Shown in pieces: positions 51,452-61,548 of a stretch of 64,000 nt of DNA (positions are counted from its first letter, which is position 1; every line of letters starts with the position of its first letter). Origin of the DNA: Selaginella moellendorffii (lineage: Eukaryota > Plantae > Lycopodiophyta); contig NW_003314272.1 of the NCBI RefSeq assembly GCF_000143415.4, positions 1,806,374-1,870,373 of the forward strand, in the 5' to 3' direction. Made by a program: the position numbers and the translations under genes. Under the pieces are notes generated by a model, which was given only the letters and a program-made list of their open reading frames with translations, was not told the origin of the DNA and searched no databases.

Positions 51452-52359
51452 GAATGCACCTCGGTATCCAAACCTTCCACCGCAGCAGCACCAACGGGAC
51501 GTTGCTGACGCCAAGGTCTCCACCCAGGAAATGGAGGTCGCCAATCCGGAAAGCGCCGACAACGCCGATAAGTATGACCAACTTCATCACACGCCCAACA
51601 ACGAATGTCACGGCCACGACCACGTCCTCGCCCTTGTCCTTGGACTCGAGTAGCAGCAGCATCAACCTCCATGGGAACAGGACCATCACTCATAGGAAGT
51701 GGAGCTGAAGGACGTGTAGCAAGAAGTGGAAGAGGCGACGTCTCATAACGTTGTGCCAAGCGAAGAGCATCGTCAAGAGTGGCAGGAGCAAGTGCATGCA
51801 CAAGTCCGACAAGATCTTGACGAAGTGCTGGCCACAGCATTCCTAGCTTGATCCGCTCCGACATATTTGGCTCCGCACGAAGCAAAAGACTTCGGAAACG
51901 AACGCCAAATTGCATCACCGACTCATATGGCCCTTGGCGAAGACGATGCAATTGTTGGAAGGCATCATCACAATCGTCGGCGTGTCCGAAGGTGCGTTTG
52001 AAGACGTCCGGAAGAACACTCCAATCGCCACGAGTAGCTGCGCTCAATCCATTGTACCACTGCAATGCCGTCCCTTGAAGACATGTGGGGAACTCACGCA
52101 AACGCCGAGCATCATCCCAAGAATGATATGTGGCAATCACGGTGAAGTGATCGAACCAATGGTACACATCATCCCCAGGATTCCCACGAAAGAACTCCGG
52201 CCGAACGCGAGGATTGGCACCAAAAGCAGGAGGAGTTGTACCATGTGCCATAAACGCCGCCATCAACTGAGTTTGGTTGTTCAATTGCAGGCGCATAGCA
52301 TCAAGCAATTGAACCAACTGCTGCTCTAGAGTCAAAGGAGGAGATTGCGGATCGGCCAT
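51427..52359 (-). CDS. gag: Retrotransposon gag with CCHC zinc knuckle
   Basis: FRGNPGDDVYHWF, LQGTALQWY, LRQGPYESV, PVPMEVD and CWACDEVGHTYRRC. Confidence 0.93.
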   Translation of the reverse strand: MADPQSPPLTLEQQLVQLLDAMRLQLNNQTQLMAAFMAHGTTPPAFGANPRVRPEFFRGNPGDDVYHWFDHFTVIATYHSWDDARRLREFPTCLQGTALQWYNGLSAATRGDWSVLPDVFKRTFGHADDCDDAFQQLHRLRQGPYESVMQFGVRFRSLLLRAEPNMSERIKLGMLWPALRQDLVGLVHALAPATLDDALRLAQRYETSPLPLLATRPSAPLPMSDGPVPMEVDAAATRVQGQGRGRGRGRDIRCWACDEVGHTYRRCRRFPDWRPPFPGWRPWRQQRPVGAAAVEGLDTEVHSGNEESRE

Positions 52360-52575
52360 GAAAATGAATGAGAAAGAAAGAGCAAAAGAAGAGAAATGAC
52401 AAAAAGCTAGAAAGAAATGGTAGATCTAGACAATGCAAAAAGCTAGATCTAAACCAAAATCCTGAAAGGAAAGAACAAAAGAAAGGAAATGGAAAAAGCT
52501 AGATCTAGACAATGCAAAAGCTAGATCTAAACCAAAATCCCAAATCCAAGCACTCCCCAGGGACAATCAAAGGTG

Positions 52576-52591
52576 CCCCTCATCTCCACTA
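52576..52591 (-). promoter_or_regulatory. Primer-binding site, probably tRNA-Ala
   Basis: TAGTGGAGATGAGGGG, 1 nt from the 5' LTR. 14/16 match to the complement of the plant tRNA-Ala 3' end as I recall it (TGGTGGAGATGCGGGG). Confidence 0.75.
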
Positions 52592-52592
52592 A

Positions 52593-52766
52593 TGTGAGTG
52601 CATGGAATATGGAAAGGGAATACAGAAATGTGCATATCAATTAACCCAAAAACCCTAGCTTATATACAGGAGCGAGTGGTCCGGATTGAAACCAATCCGA
52701 CGGCTACCAAAATCCACTACGCTAATATTAGTATACGACATTGTAGCCGTACACTTGGCCCTCACA
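52593..52766 (-). repeat. 5' LTR (174 bp)
   Basis: Direct repeat of 47757-47930. Confidence 0.97.
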
Positions 52767-52770
52767 CAGG

Positions 52771-53945
52771 CATAATACTTTATTAAAATTATAGATTATG
52801 ATTTATGATTGTTTTATAAATAACATTTTTTTAAATTTAATTTATGATACTATTATATTATTAAAAACTATGACAAATTAAAAGAAATTACAATAAATAG
52901 CAAAATTTATAACTCTAATAAGTTAACCCCAAATTATAACCTTTAGTTAGTAGGTAACACGCACGTATTGTCCCCCATTATTATGTTAAATATATTTTAT
53001 ATGAAAAATATATAACAATATTGTAATTATTTTGTTATGATGATAAAATTATTCTTTGTAATATCTCATGTTTCATAATCTTTTGGTATATGATAAATAT
53101 CAAGAATTCACTATTAAATGTATGAAAATGATTATAATATAGAAGAAAATTAAAAATTAAAAATGTTAGAAACCTTAATTTAAAAATATGTAAAATTAGC
53201 TTAAATTCATCTATAAAATAAACATTAAATTTAAATCTTTTAAAGGATTTGAATCTCATTTTAAAAAATGATTTACAATACTATTGTGAATATAAAAAAT
53301 TGCATGACTAAATCTATAGCATTTCCATAATTTAAATAATTGAAAGTGGTGCTTAGAAGTTACTATTTTCTTTAATGGAATAATATAATTATTACAATTA
53401 AAAAATAATTTTAATAATTTTCTAATGACTAAAATAAACTATTCAAAGTGCATTTAGTATTTATATATATTTGATTGAAAGGATGTGTGATATTAAATAA
53501 AAGTGAATCTTATAATTCAAATTGAATAAAGTCTTTTATTATATATAATGAAAAAGAAAATTTTCAAATTATAAATTATTTTAAAATTTGTACAAATAAG
53601 TTTTCTAGAACTTTCACCAAAAATGTCACTCTAATCCACAACAATTAATGTAATTTTCCTCATTTGCACAAAGTGTAACATTTTCAAAAGAAGCTAATAA
53701 ATATAAAAAGAAATATTAGTCTAAAATGTAACATAAAATAATAAATTTTTTTATATAATTTATATAAGAATAATAAACTATATATTTAAGAAGATTTAGG
53801 TGATTTATAATGCATAGTATATCTAATTTAAATATCTTCAGATTTTCTGTTTTATTTTTTATGGTAGGATTTTTGTAAATAGTAACTTTTATGGTTTATT
53901 TTTTACGTCTAAGTTAACTTTAACTTTAATCTTAACTTTAACTTT
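52771..53945. other. Extremely AT-rich island, right half
   Basis: Same composition as 46810-47756. Confidence 0.7.
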
Positions 53946-54003
53946 GGTTACTTTGGTTTTAAATCCAAGACCTTTTCTGGAGCTCTTCCACAAGGAATTC
54001 CAA

Positions 54004-56060
54004 ATGCCCTACCAGAGAGTAACCATGAAAACAAGAGGAGCAAAGAAATTCACAGGTAGGCACCTGATCAGTGCCGTGATTCCACTCTCTCTGCTGCTCT
54101 GCCTCGTTCCTACCTTGTATCTCATTTCAAGCTACAGCGTAAGTGGTGGCTCTTCCTTTTGCTGAAATGATTCATGGTGCTCTCTCTCGTCGCAGTCCGT
54201 GATCTTCTACACCAGGACTCTCGCCGGCGACAATCTCCTCCCGACTCCATGGCACCATTTCCCCCCCGCCCGGAAGAGCCAAATCTCCTGGAGCCGAGCG
54301 CACAAGATCTTCGAATGCTCCTACCTCTCGTGCGCGGCGCCGCCATGGACCGCGATCGCCAATCCCGCCGCGGCAAACTCCTCGTCGCAGCAGTCGTGCC
54401 CGGACTTCTTCCAGTGGATCCACCACGACCTGGCGCCGTGGAGGGCGAGCGGCGGGATCTCCAGGGCGGCGCTGGAGGAGGCCCGCGAGTTCGCCGCCTT
54501 CCGCGTGGCGATCATCGGCGGCCAGCTCTACGCCGAGCTCTACTACCAATGCGTCCAGAGCCGCGCGATGTTCACGCTCTGGGGTCTGCTGCTGCTGCTC
54601 GAGCGATTCCCCGCCGGCGCCGTCCCCGACGTGGAGTTCATGTTTAACTGCATGGATCGCCCACACTTCCGCCGCAGCCGCTACAAATCCCGCGCGCCGC
54701 CGCCACTCCTCGCCTACTGTGGCTCGCGCGACACCGTCGACATCGCATTCCCAGATTGGTCCTTTTGGGGGTGGTAAGTTTCTCTCTCGAAGATTTCTTC
54801 CATCGATCTGTCGAGCTCTCGAGCTTTATCTCTCGCTTGGTTTTCTAGGGCGGAGGTGCGCATTGGGGCGTGGGGGGAGGAAGCTTCGTCCATCTTCCAT
54901 GGCTCGGAGGAGACGCGCTGGGAGAATCGGCGGCCGCGCGCGCATTGGAAGGGGAATCCACACGTTGGCGCGCAGGTTAGGACAGATCTGCTGGCCTGCA
55001 ACAAAACCGACAAGCGAGACTTTGGCGCTGACATATACGTCCAGGTTTGCATCAATTGCGCTTGGTGCTCAAATGTTCTTCATTCGTTCACCCTGGTAGA
55101 ATTGGATCGCCGAGTCGCAGCAGGGATTCAAAAACTCCAAGCTCTCGGATCAATGCCGTCACAGGTACTGCATAGGATTTCGAGCATTCTCCGAAGCTAT
55201 GGCTATGGAGGAAGCTCTTGCTTTCGAAGTTTTCTAGAGAGCTTTCTCCACAGTTATGGCTATGGAAGAAGCTCTTCCTTTGAAGTTTGCTTTGTCGAGA
55301 GTTATGGAAGAAGTGATTCCTTCTAGTGGAAGTACTGAGTGGGGTTCTGTCTCTGTGGTCCCAGGTACAAGCTCTACGCAGAGGGTCACGCGTGGTCCGT
55401 GAGCTTCAAGTACATCATGGCTTGCGGATCCACCACCCTGATCGTCCAGCCCGATTACCACGACTTTTTCATGCGAGGGCTGCTTCCACTCCACCACTAC
55501 TGGCCGATTGATCGTCAGGACATGTGCTCGTCGATCGATCACGCGGTCAAGTGGGGTAACAGTCATCCCAAGGAGGTCAGTCTCTCCACTTCGAAAAATC
55601 CGGTTGAGAGTTTCTAGAGTTTGATCGATTTGACATACAGGCCGAGGCGATTGGGAGCCACGCACAGGAGTTTCTGAGGAAGGACTTGAGCATGGATCGG
55701 GTGTACGACTACATGCTCCATCTCTTGCGAGAGTACGCGAAGCTGCAGAGATTTAAGCCGAGAGTACCAGAGGGAGCGCAGCTCCTGTGCAAGAGTGCCG
55801 TGACTTGCATCGCCGAGGCCGAGCAGCTCGAGTTTCTGAAGCGCACGGAAACGTCGAACTCGCAAACTTCTCCCTGCTCGATGCCTCCAGCCAACGACGA
55901 TTACATCCGGAGATTCAAGGCACAGGAATCCGAGAACTTTCGAGCCGCTCGCGAGCTCAGGAGATCGAGGCTCGTCGTGGGCAACAAGAACAAGCTCACC
56001 ACGCCCAGCGTGAATGGAGAGAAAAAGAAGAAGATCGGCAAAAAATCGCAGAGAAGCTAG
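54004..56060 (+). CDS. Glycosyltransferase family 90 (CAP10/Rumi/DUF821) type II membrane protein; start 54004 or 54025
   Basis: N-terminal TM, CPDFFQWIHHDLAPW, VPDVEFMFNCMDRP, DIAFPDWSFWGW, YKLYAEGHAWSVSFKYIMAC and VYDYMLHLLREYAKL. Confidence 0.93.
55187..55325 (+). repeat. Imperfect ~57-bp tandem repeat (2.5 copies) inside a GT90 intron
   Basis: Repeated (g)ctatggctatgga(g/a)gaagctctt(g/c)cttt..gaagttt; makes this intron ~200 nt versus ~55 nt typical. Confidence 0.7.
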
Positions 56061-56222
56061 AGTCGCGTGACAATGGAACCGTAGAGAGGTCGTATACGTT
56101 TTCTTTTCTTGTGAATTTTTTGCCGGAAGAGTTCGTTTTTACTTTGTAAATTCTTGTTGCTACCTTTAATTTTTTAGAACCCTAAAATTTAGAGCACAGA
56201 TATTTTCCCAGGGTTTTTGGCT

Positions 56223-56845
56223 ATGGTGAGCCTCCTCCCCTGTGTAGCGGGGATTCTCACCCAGATCCCGGCGCGCCCAGGCATTGGCATTCGGGCGGAT
56301 CGATCGAGATCATCGTCGAGCGCGGTGGCGGTGAGGTGCACGTATTCCAATTCCAATCCGACTCCATCCCCGGAGCCCGATTTCAATGATATCAGCGGCC
56401 TCTCCGACCTGTCCGACCTCACCACCGATCCCAGCGCGCCCAGGTTCGTGCCCACATTCTCCAGAGTGGCGCGCCGGGGATTCGCCAAGCGATACGAGCT
56501 CTTCCCTGGCGGCCCCATTGACACCCAGGAGGTATAGCTATGGAGTTTTCACTCCCTTGCTGGATTGGATTGGATTGGATGGTTTGTTCTACGCAGGAAG
56601 GACAGGAGGGAGGAACGCCTCACGTCCCAGAGGAGATCATGGATCTTCCAAAGGTAAATTCTTCCAATTTCTTTCTTCTTCTTCTTCGTCCTTGGATGAT
56701 TGATTCTTTGCTACTTGCGCAGGGGCCAACCCACAAGGAGATGATCGCTGCGCGACGGCATTATCTCAAGCGCCAGGCTCGGCGAGGATTGCTTCCACCG
56801 TCGCGGCCCATCCGGAAGCGCTTCCCGCTGGACGATTCCTTGTAG
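56223..56845 (+). CDS. Unknown small protein with plastid transit-peptide-like N-terminus (3 exons)
   Basis: MVSLLPCVAG...SSSSAVAVRC. Exons join in phase 0 via GT-AG introns; basic C-terminus. Confidence 0.65.
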
Positions 56846-56970
56846 AAATCCTATAAAACTTATGGGCGATCCTGTATAGAACACGAGCTCTTTCTTTTAT
56901 AATCTTACGCGAGACCTATGAACCCTAAAAGTAAGGAGATGGTGTTGGGCTCGTGGCAGGATTCTTGAGA

Positions 56971-58741
56971 ATGAGTAGCTGTTTGATCGCTACGGCGCCA
57001 TGGCTGCACTATTCCGCCCCATTGGCGCCTCCTCCTCTTGCTCTTGCTCTGGCTCCCTTGCATTCCTTCCCTTTGAGCTCCTCCAATCCGCGGTATGGCC
57101 ATTTGTGGTCTTGTCCATCTTCTCGGCACTCCAGGAGGAATTTGGCCGTGGCTGTGGCGTTCAGAGCTTTCAAGACGGACGCTCGCGAGGGTGAAGTTCC
57201 CTCCGAGGTGAGAATTCCTTTTATTTTTCCTCGTTTTTTTATGCATCAGAGAATCAAGGACTACGGTATAGATGAGATGTTGATAGTGTGAGAATTCTCG
57301 ATAAGTTGGCATAGTGGATTCAACGCCAGTGATTGTTGCTTGATTTTTTCTTGCCTCTTTCTTACCGCATTCGAAGTATCAGGAACATTTTCATTCTCTA
57401 GTTCATACTTTGATTGATCAGTAAACGTGCTTTGTTTCTAGAACCTCGAGGAACAGAGACGAGAGAAGCGCAAGCAGCTCAAAGACCGGATCGTCTTCGG
57501 CTTGTCCATAGGCTTCGGAGTGATCGCGCCGGTTGTCGCGGGTGGCTGGCTCTTCGCTTCTGCGGTGTCATGCGCTATACTGCTCGGGACGAGGGAATAC
57601 TTCGAGCTCGTGAGAAGCAAAGGCATAAGCCAAGGAACAGCGCCGCCACCAATGTTCGTGATCCATATGTGCTCGGCCTTCTGCGCAGCAATGCCTCTGA
57701 TGACACTGTAAGTTTTCTCACTTGCAAGCTTCTTTCGTGTTCTTTGAATCCTTCTTACGGATTTAGATTGTCTATAAGCTGAGCGATCGTAAGCATCAGT
57801 TTTATATATGTAATTCACAGGTGGAACCGTGTGCATCTCATAGATACTTTGGGGGACGCATGGGAGTGTCCGTGACCACCGCAGCGTTCTTTCTGGCAAC
57901 CACACTACTACTCCAACGGGGGAGTCCACGCTTCTCTCAGCTCAGCAGTGGATTCTTTGGAATTTTCTACTGTGGTTACTTGCCGAGCTTCTGGGTGAAG
58001 CTACGAGCTTTGGCAGTCCCTGCTCTTCAAACAAGTAGGTTCACGTTTTCTTTCTTCTTTGCGTTTTCTCGTCTTAGCTATCCGGTGTTAGTGCAGAGCT
58101 CGCGGTTTGCTGGCCGGTTCTACTCGGTGGCCGAGCGCACTGGACAGTTGGTCTCATTGCAACTTTCGTGTCGTTCTGCGCCGTTATTGCTGCTGATACG
58201 GGAGCCTTTCTTGGTGGCAAGGTTGGAAGTTTCGTTAGAATCGCTTTTATTGTTTCGGATCGTGATTCTTCCATGAACAGCTTCTCGGAAGAACTCCGCT
58301 GAGTGACGTGAGTCCCAAGAAGACGTTCGAGGGAGCCGCTGTTGGCTTGACTTCGGCGATTGCAGTCACCATCTTGCTCTCGAAGTTGCTACAATGGCCA
58401 TCATCGATTCTCAAGTAAGCTTCGCGTTTAAAAGTTCTCTAAACTTGTTTTTCTTCTTTTGGTGTGCGTCTGCAGCGGAGTAGTGTTGGCGGTGCTCGTC
58501 TTCATGGCATCTCTTTTCGGTGATCTCACAGAGTCGATGATCAAACGCGACGCTGGCGTGAAAGATTCCGGAAGGCTCATTCCAGGCCATGGTAAGAATC
58601 TTATAGGCTAGTGACCTTTTTTTTTTTGCTGATCGCTATGCCTACACAGGTGGAATTCTCGACCGTGTGGATAGCTACATGTTCACGGGGGCTCTAGTGT
58701 ACTTCTTCGTAAAAATGGGGATGCCGTTGTACGGCGTGTAG
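56971..58741 (+). CDS. Plastid phosphatidate cytidylyltransferase (CDP-DAG synthase, CDS4/5-like)
   Basis: [72 protein letters not shown] and ends GMPLYGV*. Confidence 0.95.
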
Positions 58742-58968
58742 CATATTCTTTCCGTGGCAATACGACAAGTATATTCTTTAGAATTTAGGGCTCATCGTGC
58801 TTGTCTGATCCGCATTCATGGGAGAAAATGTTTGGTGGAGGCCGGCATTCATGCTCTTGTCAAGAACAAATTCCATTGCCGTGCTCAACGTGTTTGCAGA
58901 GATTTAGGGCTGTTTGATTGCGGCGATGATGGTTGCTCCCCTGTTTTAGGAGCGATCCGCGAATCGAG

Positions 58969-60516
58969 ATGGGCACGGCAATGGATCAGCACGATCTCAA
59001 TCTTCACAAGGAGGAGCGCGAGAAGAAGAAGCAGATCTCGTGGCTCACGTCAGTGAAGCTCAAGTACGTGAAGCTCGGCTACTGGGATGCGAGCCGGCAT
59101 TTCGTGTGGTTCGTGGCGCTGCCAGTCCTGTTCGTGGCCATCGCGTCGCTGGGCCTGGGCCGCCACGATCTCCACCGGCTGTGCGAGGCGCTCCACTACC
59201 ACCTCGCCAATCTCCTGGCGTGCACCGCGGCGATGGTGTTCGCCGCCACGCTCTACGCCTTCTCCCGCCCCACGCCCGTCTATCTCATCGACTTCGCCTG
59301 CTACAAGCCCCCCGATGAGCTCAAGTGCTCCAGGGATCGATTCATCCAGGCGTCGCGCAGCACGGGGCGATTCACCCAGGAGAGCATCGACTTCCAGCGC
59401 AAGATCGTGGATCGATCCGGGCTGGGCGACGAGACGTACCTCCCGCCGGTGGTGTTCATGGCGGAGCCGCGCGGGAGCATGGCGCTGGCGCGCGAGGAGA
59501 CGGAGATGGTGATGTTCTCCGCGGTGGAGGAGCTGCTGGACAAGACGCAGATCAAGGCCAAGGAGGTGGGCATCCTGATCGTGAATTGCAGCCTGTTCGT
59601 GCCGACGCCATCGCTGTCCGCCGCGATCGTGCGCCGGTTTGGGATGCGCGGCAACATCCAGAGCTACAACCTGGGCGGGATGGGTTGCAGCGCGGGCGTG
59701 ATCGCGGTGGCGCTGGCGCGGGATCTCCTCCAGGTCCACCCGGAGACGCTGGCCATGGTGGTGAGCACCGAGAGCTGCACGCTCAACTGGTACCACGGCA
59801 ACGATCGCGCCAAGCTCCTGCCCAATTGCATCTTCCGGATGGGCGGCGCCGCGCTCCTCCTCGCCACCGCCGCCTCCGCCACCTCCTCGCGGAGGATCAA
59901 GCCCAAGTACGAGCTCGTCCACGCGGTGAGAACGCACAAGGGCGCCAGCGACGAGAGCTACCAGTGCGTGTTCCAGGACGAGGATTCCTCCGGGACGATC
60001 GGCGTCAATCTCTCCAAGGATCTCATGGCCCAGGCCGGCGACGCGCTCAAGACCAACATCACGACGCTGGGTCCGCTCATCCTGCCCGTGTCCGAGCAGC
60101 TGTGCTTCTTCGCCACCCTCGTCGCGCGCAAGCTCTTGGGCAATCGCAAGATCAAGCCATACATCCCCGACTTCAAGCTGGCGGTGGAGCACTTTTGCAT
60201 CCACGCCGGCGGCCGCGCGGTTCTGGACGCGATCCAGCACAACCTCGGGCTCTCGGCCAGGCACCTGGAGCCGTCGCGCATGACGCTGCATCGGTTCGGG
60301 AACACGTCCAGCAGCTCGCTGTGGTACGAGCTCGGGTACGCCGAGGCCAAGGGGCGCGTGCGGCGCGGCCACCGCGTGTGGCAGATCGCGTTTGGGTCGG
60401 GATTCAAGTGTAACAGCGCGGTGTGGGTCGCGCTCCGGGACGTGGAGCCGCGCGGACCCGGGGCCTGGAGCGATTGCATTGACAGATACCCCGTCCCAGT
60501 CGTGGCATTTGATTGA
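58969..60516 (+). CDS. KCS: 3-ketoacyl-CoA synthase (FAE1/CUT1 family), intronless
   Basis: SVKLKYVKLGY, VYLIDFACYKP, catalytic GMGCSAG, FCIHAGGRA, HRFGNTSSSS and WQIAFGSGFKCNSAVW. Confidence 0.97.
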   Translation: MGTAMDQHDLNLHKEEREKKKQISWLTSVKLKYVKLGYWDASRHFVWFVALPVLFVAIASLGLGRHDLHRLCEALHYHLANLLACTAAMVFAATLYAFSRPTPVYLIDFACYKPPDELKCSRDRFIQASRSTGRFTQESIDFQRKIVDRSGLGDETYLPPVVFMAEPRGSMALAREETEMVMFSAVEELLDKTQIKAKEVGILIVNCSLFVPTPSLSAAIVRRFGMRGNIQSYNLGGMGCSAGVIAVALARDLLQVHPETLAMVVSTESCTLNWYHGNDRAKLLPNCIFRMGGAALLLATAASATSSRRIKPKYELVHAVRTHKGASDESYQCVFQDEDSSGTIGVNLSKDLMAQAGDALKTNITTLGPLILPVSEQLCFFATLVARKLLGNRKIKPYIPDFKLAVEHFCIHAGGRAVLDAIQHNLGLSARHLEPSRMTLHRFGNTSSSSLWYELGYAEAKGRVRRGHRVWQIAFGSGFKCNSAVWVALRDVEPRGPGAWSDCIDRYPVPVVAFD

Positions 60517-60840
60517 TTTGGTGACTTTGTAGAAAATGCCGGCGTTGGGCATTTTCTTCCAAGTATTGTTTGTTGCAAGACATGACTTTTTTGGATATTA
60601 TGTTGCACCTATTTACCTAAATCGTCTTACACTTTAACGATTGAAAGCGCATTGGCAGATAACAATTGCAGATTTCCTTATCAGTCATGGTATTTGATTG
60701 ATTAACTTACTTTGCAGCAGATGCCTATGATGGGTATTTGGTGTTTAGTTTCAAAAATGCCATGCTTGGGCATTTGTTTTGAGCCTAATTCATAAAATAG
60801 GCTCACTTTAACCTAACTTCCGTCTTTCTTGTTGTTCTTC

Positions 60841-61374
60841 ATGGCTATGGCGGCTTTTCACAGGCATTGCGGGCGGAGCTTCCACTCGAGCGCGCTCCTG
60901 GAGGCCGGTAATTTGCTTCGCCCGCGGGTGAAACTCTTAGCTTTTTTTCCTCCTCCACCAGCGTCGGCCAAGGTTTTGCGAAAGCCCGGAAAGCTCGCGA
61001 AAAAGACCCCGCACAACAAGAGCAACAAGGAATTCGACCCGGAGGCGGCCTCCAAGCGATTGCTCCGGCTGCTGGAGCTCAAGGAAAGCTTGCGGATCGA
61101 GGTGGAGGGGCTCAACAATCTGCTAAAGCTGCCCAAGGGCGGCGCCACGGAGATTGCTGGGCTTATGTGCCGCGAGGAGATGGAGCAGTGGTACGCGCGC
61201 AAGCGATCGGAGGAGCTTGCCAGCCTCAAGAACATCATCGCTGATGCGCTGCGCGAGGACGAGAGGAGCATCGCCAGCGCGGTGAATCGCTGCGAGGCCA
61301 AATTGGACGCATTGATCGGCAAGAAGGACGATCGACTGTTGAGAAAACTGTCGAGGTTCTGGTATGGGCCGTGA
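60841..61374 (+). CDS. Unknown coiled-coil protein with mitochondrial presequence-like N-terminus
   Basis: Intronless GC3-rich ORF. MAMAAFHRHCGRSFHSSA (R-x-F-H-S cleavage-like) followed by a helical C-terminal half. Confidence 0.65.
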   Translation: MAMAAFHRHCGRSFHSSALLEAGNLLRPRVKLLAFFPPPPASAKVLRKPGKLAKKTPHNKSNKEFDPEAASKRLLRLLELKESLRIEVEGLNNLLKLPKGGATEIAGLMCREEMEQWYARKRSEELASLKNIIADALREDERSIASAVNRCEAKLDALIGKKDDRLLRKLSRFWYGP

Positions 61375-61548
61375 GAGAGAGAGTGGGGATTGTTTAAACT
61401 GTTCTTGATCCAACGGCTGCCATTGATACTGTTCTTGATCGAATGGCCTAGGGTTCTCTCACCTGGGGTTTTTGCATCCTGGGAGATATTAGGGTTTGTG
61501 GCGAGGATGGAGATCGCCTAGGCGAGGCCAGGTAGCGTAGGCAATGCA

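Larger units (their letters stand above)
47757..52766 (-). mobile_element. Full-length Ty3/gypsy LTR retrotransposon (5010 bp), non-chromovirus, 4-bp TSD CAGG
   Basis: Two 174-bp LTRs TGTGAG...CTCACA; CAGG at 47753-47756 and 52767-52770; PBS, PPT and gag plus PR-RT-RH-IN domain order. Confidence 0.97.

Noticed and set aside
52940-52985. Possible Helitron 3' hairpin in the AT-rich island
   Set aside because: The GC patch does not form a clean hairpin and lacks a terminal CTAG.
59050-60552. 500-aa antisense ORF and 362-aa alternative-frame ORF over KCS
   Set aside because: Shadow ORFs caused by high GC3 codon bias; no domain motifs.
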